Assembly: GCF_009914755.1 (NCBI RefSeq)
Contig: NC_060927.1
Strand: one strand, 5' to 3'
Origin: the human T2T-CHM13v2.0 reference genome, Homo sapiens
DNA: 64,000 nt
Shown: piece after piece, positions 54,731 to 64,000 of the stretch
Position numbering within the stretch: the stretch's first letter is position 1
How the letters are laid out: each line of letters opens with the position of its first letter
Translations under genes and position numbers: made by a program
Notes under the pieces: generated by a model
What the model was told of the DNA's origin: nothing
The model's input: only the letters and a program-made list of their open reading frames with translations
The model's database searches: none

Positions 54731-56187
54731 GGAAGAGGCAATCCTAATGACTCATGATGTTTTAGTGGCCTGATGGGTTAAAAAATTTTAGGTATGACGT
54801 TATATATCTGAACGTCAATTCTCAGGAGTAATTAAATAAAATAAAAATTACATACACATTAGCTTCCTTTACATTTCATGTTCACTAACGGTAAATTTTG
54901 TTGAACCATTTCTTCATAGTCAACAAAAAGGAACTATTTATATTTTAGAGTTGAGCAGTAAATCAGAACCTCTAAGAAATCTTACCTGATTTGAGTAAAC
55001 CAAATTAGCCTTACTACCTTTATACCATGAAGAGAATTTCTGCTGCCAACTATATTTACATTAGATGAAATGAAAGGTGAAGGCTTCATTTATTCAACTA
55101 CTCACCTGTTCCTCAGCAAGAACTTAATATCAGCCCAATTTTTTGGAAAAACTTATTTTGATTTAATTTTAAGGTATTTCAATATTTCCAGTTTTCAAAT
55201 AACATTTTAACAATATTTGATGCCCTAAAAACTAAAAGAAAATGTATACAATAACATACACATGAAATAAGATATTCTCTAGATTTCTCTGAATCTCAAA
55301 ACTAATTAATGAAGATTTTACAACTCAGAAAATAATTATTACTTGAGTTCTTAAAAAATAGAAGAAAAACGAAGTTGCAACAACATTTTTTTTTCTTACA
55401 TACAAGGACAATTGTTATTCATTGCTTTCTTGAAGCAGTTGATGCATCTTTGGCATGATTAATTTTTCTTAACAGCTATATCATGTTTTGAATTTACTAC
55501 ATAACCAAGTTTTAAGCTTATAATGTTCCAAAGTTGAAAAGAGAACATAACTTATGAAGTGCTTGTAATACCTATATGTATGTTTGAAAATCATTAAGTA
55601 GTTGTTACTCTCTCTTCCCCAGCATCAATTACTCCACTCTAAATTTACTTACTCCACTCAATATAATGAGCTCCCAGAGCACGTTTCATTTCAGGGGAAA
55701 GTACACATTCTTCACTTGTGGTCAGTGGGATGTGGTTAATTTGAAATCACTTAAACTATTATATCTGTCAAGTGCAGTTATTTTATTTTCAATTCACATC
55801 AGTGTTTTAGTATGCATGTCAGTTACTAGGTCAAACTGACAGATTAATTCAGGAGCATTTTGTTGCAATGCTCTTCATCACTGTCATTGTATGTAGGCCA
55901 CTACCGAAAATTAATACCTGCCCATTAAAATTGATTGCCAAAGATATCACCTTTAATGTAAACAATAATGTATAGATAAGAAAATGGTGCTAAATTAGCT
56001 ATTATGGTTCACAGCTCCTATAGTATGGGCCATTCAGTTATGGAAAATATTTCAGGAATATTAAACTTTGAAAGCAACAAGATACTGAAAAAAGCTTTTG
56101 GAATGCTGTAATAGTCCTGGAAATAGTCTGGTGAGGCTTTTAGTATTATTTTAGTCTGTTGCTCCTTATTATAGCTAGGATTTCAAA

Positions 56188-56218
<31 letters not shown>

Positions 56219-56276
56219 GTGCAGGGAGAGAGAGACAGAGAGAGAGACAGAGAGAGAGACACAGAGAGAGAGAGAG
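56188..56276. repeat. Compound (TG)n-(GA)n microsatellite
   Basis: Directly visible. Confidence 0.95.
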
Positions 56277-57844
56277 TTGATTTACTTTAAGGCATAATAT
56301 TTAAAGGTGAATATTGCATTGGAAAAAAGGTCTATGTTAAACTTGTAAAAAAAAATAGAGACACTGAGAAACTGGCTGGGTCTATCTCAATAATAAATAG
56401 CCATGAATTAATAAAAAGTAATAGAATTTAAATGAGCATTTGGAAAATATACTGCCACAATAGCATACATGCTGCATTAGTAAACTGTATTTTTGCCACA
56501 TGTAGCCATGCTTTCATCATTTTATAATACTGCCAACAATACTGAGCATTTGATAGTGAACAGGTCTACAGTTTTCTTGGGAGTTGTATAAATAAGGTGA
56601 AGCTTTGATTAATATTATATAGTAGCAAAGATATAAAATTCAAAACAACAACCATAAAAACTTATCAAACACTAAAAAAATTCATTTCCTCATAAAAGAA
56701 GAACTATATACTCTGGAAATAGTGCTTTGAAGTTACACCACTTTTATTAAAGTGGTAGTACAACAGGAAATACAGCATAACCTTTATTCACAGGCACCCA
56801 GAGCTGAAACCTTCAAACATCTATGCAAAACTGGAAACTACACAAAAAATAACTAGGCACAGCCCAAGAAGACCCAGAAATGTAGTATAGAAGCAACCCC
56901 CATGAAACCTTTTGGCCATGGCAGAAACACCAAAAGATGTTACTTTGAAAGACTATGCAACACTGCATCAAGAATGAGAGCGCAATGAAGTATTCCTGGT
57001 AGAAATTAGTGAAATCTTTCTTATCTGGGAAGTGTGGATCAGCACTCTCCATATCGCTTTCCTGATAATTCAGAAATATTCTGCTTCTGACCTGCAAGCT
57101 TTGATTCCTTACAATATGTGTATCTTTTCAGTACGCTAATCCAGTCAGTAAATCATCAGCTACAGTGCAACAAAAGTGTAGTTTTAAATTAAACCAATTA
57201 ACAAAAAACCTTGACTCTTCTCATTAAATTCTGAAATTCTTGTGTTCTACCTGTGTGTTCTTTGAAGAATGTGTTTTTAATATTCTGAATTAATCCGTGT
57301 AGCGAAATATTGAGAAGAGCAAATCTAACTTTGTTTTTAAAATATATTTCTAGTTCATTTGACATTGCTGATTAAGTTCTAGTGGCTAGTTCAAAAGTAT
57401 ACACTTATGGAACAGAAAAGGGTTGAAAAATAAACATCATTCAAACTATCTTAATCCTATAGTAAATAACTGAGTTTATAGACTAAAAGCAGTTAACTAA
57501 AAAATCCTTAATTTTTGAAGTCGACACAGTTATACTTGAGAGCCCCAACATAAATTTCTATTCACATTTGTTTCTTTGGAAAATAATTTAGTAGGATGAT
57601 AATTGGTACACTGTTACTAAAGGGTTTGAGAAGCACAGAATTAAAACTGTTAAACTGCTTTTTTGTGTTTGGTATGGATTTTACTGTGCTATTATGCACA
57701 TATTATGCATATGCATATGTGCTAACATAATACGACTTTTTTGTAATCTCAGAAAATCATACTTTGGGGCAATATACAAAACATTTATCTCTAGTAATGT
57801 TAGTAAATATGAGGGTTAACCCAAGTTAATTTACGGAGTTACCT

Positions 57845-58022
57845 CTAACCCAAAGGTTCTCAATGTTATTCATGAGAATCTTCTGTGAGGCTTTATTAAA
57901 AATGCCTGCAATACATCCAGATCTATTGAAGAGGAGCAATGGGGTAAGGTCTTTAATTGTATAATTTTAGTAAGTTCGATAAAGGATTCTCAAGTTAACT
58001 CTTGTTTAAGAAACACTGCTCT
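57845..58022. mobile_element. MER5-like hAT MITE
   Basis: Degenerate terminal inverted repeats caaaggttctcaa ... ttaagaaacactg. Confidence 0.5.
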
Positions 58023-60499
58023 GAATATTGTTGTTACTTTCTCTCCAAGATTCATCTCCATTTATATCTCTATAGCTACCTAATCATATTGTTTACATGT
58101 TGTAGCTCTAGTCTTCCCTTACAAGCCAGATTAAGATGGCAATATTCAAGACAGTCTTGAATAAAAGCACCTACTAACAGAAAATTTGTAAAATTAGATG
58201 CTCTAACAGAGTTTATATCAATCCCCAAAACTTGAAGCTATAATAAGGGCATTAAATACATAATAATAACATGAAGATAAAATATAATTCTCTAACAAAT
58301 CAAGCTACCTTTCTCTTTCAAAATCCAACTTAAGACTTTCAGTTTTCAGTTCTGCATGTAAGTATCCTGGAAGTTGCCACTCCTTTCTAACAACTAGTGA
58401 AAAGCTGAACAGACTGAAAAAATCAAGAACTCTTCTTGAATTCATAAAAGAGGTAAGGACACAGGGCAAACTTCTACACCTAAAATTGGGAGAAAGACAG
58501 GTGACTACAGGGAGTCACAGCTTACCAGAACAGAAACTCATGAGTGGAAATCACTTCAGGAGCCAGTTCTGGATTAGGAAAACTTGAACTGTAATTGATG
58601 AGTTGCTGGAGGCTTGGTGTGGAGAGTATGAGAATTAAAAACTCCATGAAAACTCAGTTATTGTGGGGGTCCCTGCACATTTGTGAGTTTTACCTACAGA
58701 AGTCAACCAGGTTCTCAAAGTAAATAGAGAAAAATTCCCTTGTGCTTTCAGCAGGAGAGGGGCAAAGGAACTATTTTGAAATATGCCAGAGCACCCAACT
58801 TCTTAACAAGGCCTGCCCTCAGGAGAATGTATTTAACCAGGGCCTAATCTCCTGGTGGTTTTATCAGAGCCTAACAGACTCAGAGGAAGGGAGAATACCC
58901 AACTCCAGCCAGTTTTAGACATCCTGTCTCACCTAAGGGAGGTGGGAGAGACTAGAAAATACTTGTGAATTTCACAGTCCAGCAGCTATGATTAGGTCTC
59001 AATAAAAGACTGAAACTCAGTCATAGGTCCAGCAAGTACTTTCCCTCCCCCGCCAAACACCTTACCACCATATTACTAAAGGTCTATTTATAGCAGTTCT
59101 TTTTGCCTGGTATATCATGTACAGCTACCAAGAAAAAATTACAAGGCATACTAAGAAACAAAAAACACAATTTGAAGAGATAGAACCAGTCCTGGCAGGG
59201 ATGCTGAAATGATCAAATCAGTATTTAAAACAACTATGGTTAATACGTTAAGAGGTTTAATACATAGCACAGACAGCATGCAAGAACAGATGGGCAATAT
59301 AAGCAGAGAAATGAAAATTCTAAGAAAGAACCAAAAACAAATGCTACAGGTCAAAAACACTAATGGAAATGAAGAATGCCTTTGATGGGCTCATTATTTG
59401 TGTGAACGTGGTTGAGGAAAGAATCTCTGAGCTTGAGGATATATCAGTAGAAACCTCCAAACTGAAAAACAAGGAGAACAAAGTCGGGGAATAAAATAGA
59501 AAAAAAAATCCAAAGACTATGAGAAAACTACAAAAGGTGCAACATATGAATAATGAGAATATCAGAAGGAGGAAAAAAAAGAGCAAGGAATAGAAGAAAT
59601 ATTTAAAATGATAATGACAGAATTTCTTCCCAAGTAATGTCAGATTATAGCTCTTGAAGGCTCAAAGAATGTCAAGCAAGGTAGATGCAAAAACCACGAA
59701 ACGAAACAAAAACCTACACCCAAGCATATCATTTTTAAACTACAGACAGAAAATAAAAAAAAAATCTTGAAAGAAGCCAGAGGATAAAAGACCTTACCTA
59801 TGGAAGGATGAAGATGAGAATCATACCTGACTTCTCCTCAGAAACTATGCAGGCAAGAAGACAATGGAATGAAATAGTTAAAGTGTTGACACAGACAAAA
59901 ACATCAATCTAGAATGCTGTACTGTGAAATTATCCTTCAAAGGCAAAAGATAAATAAAGACCTCTCACATGAACAAGGTTTGAGGAAATTTGTTGCTAGT
60001 AGACCCGTCTTAGAAGAAATGTTAAAACAAGTTCTTTAGAGACAAGGAAAATGAGACAGATCAGAAACTAAGATTTACAAAAAGAAAGGAACACTAAAGA
60101 AGGGATAAATGAAAGTAAAGTGAAAACTTTTATTTTTCTTATTCTTAATTGATCTAACAGATAGTTTCTTTAAAATTATAACAGCAGCAATGTATTTGAT
60201 ATGCACACATTTATATCTTCTCTGTGTATATATATTTACATATGTTTATATATAATAAAATAAATGACAGAAATTGTAAGAGGAATACATGGGGAAATTA
60301 GGATTATTTTGTTATTATATAGTACTCACACAACCTGTGAAGTTATATGGTGTTATCTGAAAGTGACCTTAGATTAGTTGTAAATGTATATTGCAAAATC
60401 TAGGGAAGCCATTTTTTTAATTTATAAAAGAAGTATAACTGATATGCTAAGAAAGGAGAGAAAATAGAATATGAAATGCTCACTTAAAACCAACAAAGA

Positions 60500-60762
60500 G
60501 CTCATACTCGTAATCCCAACATTTGGGAGACTGAGGCAAGAGGATTGCTTGAGGCCTTGAGTTTGAAACCAGCCTGAGCAACATAATGGGACCCCCATCT
60601 CTACAAAAAAAAAAAAAAAAAATAGCTTGGCATGGTCATATGCACCTGTAGTCCCAGCTACTTGATGGCTTAGGTGGAAAGATTGCTTGAGCCTGGGAGG
60701 TTGAGGCCATAGTGAGCCATGATCACACCACTGCACGCCAGCCTGGGCAAGAGAGACCCTGT

Positions 60763-60800
<38 letters not shown>
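60500..60800 (+). mobile_element. AluJ with (CA)n tail, nested in L1
   Basis: AluJ diagnostics ggattgcttgag in both arms. Confidence 0.9.
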
Positions 60801-60803
<3 letters not shown>

Positions 60804-62344
60804 AGAAGAAGAGTGGAAGGCAAAAATAGGAACAAAGAACAAGAGCAACCAATAGAAAACAGTAACAAATGTGATAGATATTAGTCCAACCATATCAATA
60901 ATCACTTTGAACATCAACAGTCTAAATGCACCAATTAAAAAACAGATACTGTAAAGTGAATGAAAAGCAAGACCCAACTATATATTGCCTATAAAATAAA
61001 CCCACTTTAAGTATACAGACATATTTAGTTTAAAAGCAAATATATTAAGAAAAATATACCATACTAATACTAATCAAAAGAAAGTAGAATTACTATATTA
61101 ATTTCAAACAGAGCAGACTTCACAGCAAGACAAATTATCAGAGATAAAGAAAGGCATTACATAATAATAAAGAAGTCAGTCTCCAAGAACACATAACAAT
61201 ACTTAACATGTAACAACAGACCATCAAACTATTTGAGAGAAAAACTGATAGAACTGTATGGGAAAGATAAATCCACTATTACAGTTAAAGATTTCAACAC
61301 TCTTTTATCAGAAATGGACAGATACAGCAGGCAGAAAATTAAAAAGGGTATAGTTGAACTCAACAACACCATCAATCAACTAGATATTATTGACATTAAT
61401 AAACTACTCAATAGCAACAGAATACACATTTTCCTCAAGCTCACATGGAATGTTCATCAAGACAGACTATATTTTGGGCAGTAAAACACATTGTAACATA
61501 TTTAAAAGGTTAGAAATAACACAATGTCTTGTCTCAGACCACAATAGAATTACATTAGAAATCAATAAGAGAAGGATAACTGGAAAGTTTCAAAAGTTGT
61601 AGAGACTAAGTAACACACTTCTAAGTAACACATGAATCAAATGAGAAATTTCAAAAATAATTTTTAAATATTTTGAACTAAATGAAAATGAAAAAATTTA
61701 TCAACTTTTTGGGATGGAGCAATATCAGAGCTAAGAGAGAAAATTATAGCACTGAATGAATATATTAGAAAAAAAACAAAGATCTAAACATCAATAATCT
61801 AAATTTAAACCTTAGGAAACTAGAGAGAAAAAGAGTAAATTAAAATCATAATAGGCAGAAGGAAAAAAAGAATTAGACCAGAAATCAATACATTTGAAAT
61901 CAGAAAATCAGTGGAGAAAAATTAACAAAACCAAAAGCTCATTATTTGAAAAGAACAATATAATTAATTAAACTTTAGCCAGCCTAGCTAAAAACAAAGA
62001 GAGAGAACACAATTATTAAAATCAGTAATGAAAGAGGGGCAACATTATAGATCCCATGGACGCTAAACAGATCATCAAGAAATACTATGAATAAGTCTAT
62101 GTCTACAAATTTGATAACCTAGATGAAATAGATCAATTCTTGAAAGATACAATCTGCCCAAAACTCTGATATAGCCAATCTGAATAAAATTATATCTATT
62201 AAATAATTTGAATCAATAATTAATAAAGTTTCAAAACAGAAAGCACCAGGCCTAGATGGGTTCACTTGTAAATTCTACCAAACATTTAAGGAAGAAATTT
62301 ACCAATTCTTGGTAGTCTCTTTCAGAAGATAAGAGTAGAGGGAA

Positions 62345-62613
62345 GGCTGGGTGCTGTGGCTCAAGCCTGTAATCTCAGCACTTTGGGAGGCTGAGGAGGG
62401 CAGATCATTTGTCATCAGGAGTTTGAGACCAGCCTGGCCAACATGGTGAAACCCCATCTTTACTAAAAATATAAAAAATTAGCTGGGCGGGGTGGCTCAC
62501 ACCTGTGGGAGGGGAGTGATGGGTGGAAGTTGCAGTGAGCTAAGATTGTGCCACTGCACTCTGACTTGGGCAACAGAGCAAGAATCTGTTTCGAGAGAAA
62601 GAGAGAGAGAGAG
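62345..62613 (+). mobile_element. AluS with internal deletion in the right arm and (GA)n tail, nested in L1
   Basis: TSD agagggaa (62337-62344 / 62614-62621). Confidence 0.9.
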
Positions 62614-63786
62614 AGAGGGAATTCTTTCTAACTTTCTCATTCTATAGGGCTAGCATTACCTTAATACCAAAAAAAAAAGAAGTCAAAGATATTATAAGAA
62701 AAGAAAATCACGGACCAACATCTCTCAGGAACAAAGATGCAAAAATCCCCAACAAAATATTAGCAAATCAAATCCAACAATGTGTTAAGGGAATTATGCA
62801 CTATAACAAAGAGGGATTTATACCAGTTATGCAAGGCTGGTCTAACATTTGAAATCAATGAATGTAATCCATCACATCAACAGATTAAAGAAGAAAAATT
62901 GCATAATTGTATAAATAGATACAGAAGATGCATTTGACAAATCCAACATCCATTCATGAATTAAAAAAAAACTCTTAATAAACTATTTCTAATTTAAATT
63001 ATTATTTTAAAAATATGTTTATTTTAACTTTCCTGAAAAAATACATTTTTGTTTTCATTCCTTTTAAGCTGTGACCATTCACAAAGTCAACAGAACAGTC
63101 TACTCTAGTTTATCAGGTTATTTATAGTTGAAGACTGCAGACTACATTAATGGCAACTATACTTTGAAAAAGACAATTATTTTCACTGGTAGCAGAAAAA
63201 TCTATTTTGACTATACCTTTTGTCAGCTGGTTAATCATATTTTAAGAGTTATCTTAAAATATAATCTCCCCAAAATTAAGCTAAACATTTAATAGCCAAA
63301 CTTTCAATAACAAATAAATGTACCAATTCATTGATAATAAGTATTTGCTTGTGGTACATGGAGGATGCTCAAATAGGTGTTGTAATTTCATGGTCATGAG
63401 ACTTAAGCAAACAATATACAAAAATATTACGTGTATTTGCTTTAAAAATGAAACCTAACTATCAAAGTACTTAAATCGTAAAATGATACATTTCTGTGGC
63501 TTCTTTTCTCTCTGACACTTGGCATGTAAACTTGTTGTTTCTTCCAAAATATTTGATTAAAGCAAAAACATCATTTACTTAATTAGAACGAGTCATGTCA
63601 ATACTGCCTTTAAAAAATGCTAGAATATTGTTCTTGTGAATACCGAATCAAAATAGAACAAAATGCAAAACTTCCAGAAAGTTAATATCAAAGTAATGAC
63701 CTTCATAATATTAATTATGACATATTTTACGTGTTCTATTAAATTTCTGTTATCTTAAAATATTAAAAACTGCCTTAGTCTGATTT

Positions 63787-64000
63787 CCAGAATCTATATG
63801 GAACTTAAATCAAAAAGCAAAAAACAAATCACCCCATTTAAAAATAGATAAAGGACATGAACAGAAACCTCTCAAAAGAAGACATAAAAGTAGCCAACAA
63901 ACATGTTTTTAAAAATACTCAGCTTCACTAAGCATCAGAGGAATGCAAATTAAAACCACAACGAAATACCATCTCACACCAGTCAGAATGGTTATTATTA
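63787..64000 (+). mobile_element. L1P ORF2 3' region running off the window
   Basis: aaaggacatgaacaga...ctcaaaagaagacata...aaaaccacaacgaaataccatctcacaccagtcagaatgg. Confidence 0.9.

Larger units (their letters stand above)
58334..62985 (+). mobile_element. L1MC-type L1: 5'UTR, ORF1, inter-ORF region, ORF2 up to RT; 3' end missing
   Basis: Remnants DKSTITVKDFNTLLSEMDR, EYTFSSSSHGMFIKTDYILG; ORF1 region 59200-60060; RT-region motifs at 62200-62960. Confidence 0.85.

Noticed and set aside
54980-55110. Two consensus minus-strand splice donors (cag/gtaaga, cag/gtgagt)
   Set aside because: No convincing matching acceptor or reading frame; such motifs occur by chance in 64 kb. A lncRNA exon cannot be excluded.
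51740-56756. Short 7-9 bp hairpins (e.g. 51740-51768, 55853-55873, ~56737-56756)
   Set aside because: Stems this short are expected by chance in AT-rich sequence.
56813-57097. 94-aa minus-strand ORF in unique sequence as a terminal exon
   Set aside because: No recognisable domain and a weak polypyrimidine tract before the candidate acceptor; would need RNA evidence.

Overview
AT-rich, CpG-depleted primate genomic DNA (hominoid, most likely human: AluJ/AluS, an L1PA2-like insertion, MSTA and MLT2A LTRs). It is intronic or intergenic, with no supportable protein-coding gene and no CpG island. The ORFs in the track are transposon remnants or chance ORFs. More than half of the window is interspersed repeats: L1 of many ages, L2, MIR, Alu, a two-LTR MSTA provirus, solo MSTA/MLT2A/MLT1 LTRs, a decayed ERV-L pol, and hAT fossils. 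There is also a full-length U6 snRNA retrocopy fused to an L1. I did not find a new gene system. The most unusual signal is structural: at least six local inverted duplications with arms of 8 to about 245 bp, several at element junctions. The best is a 124-bp-arm palindrome (49532-49793) inside the target-site duplication of a young L1, whose loop appears to be L1 ORF2 sequence; it reads as a snap-back during L1 second-strand synthesis. Repeat subfamily names come from recalled consensus sequences and need RepeatMasker/Dfam confirmation. Boundaries of old repeats are approximate.
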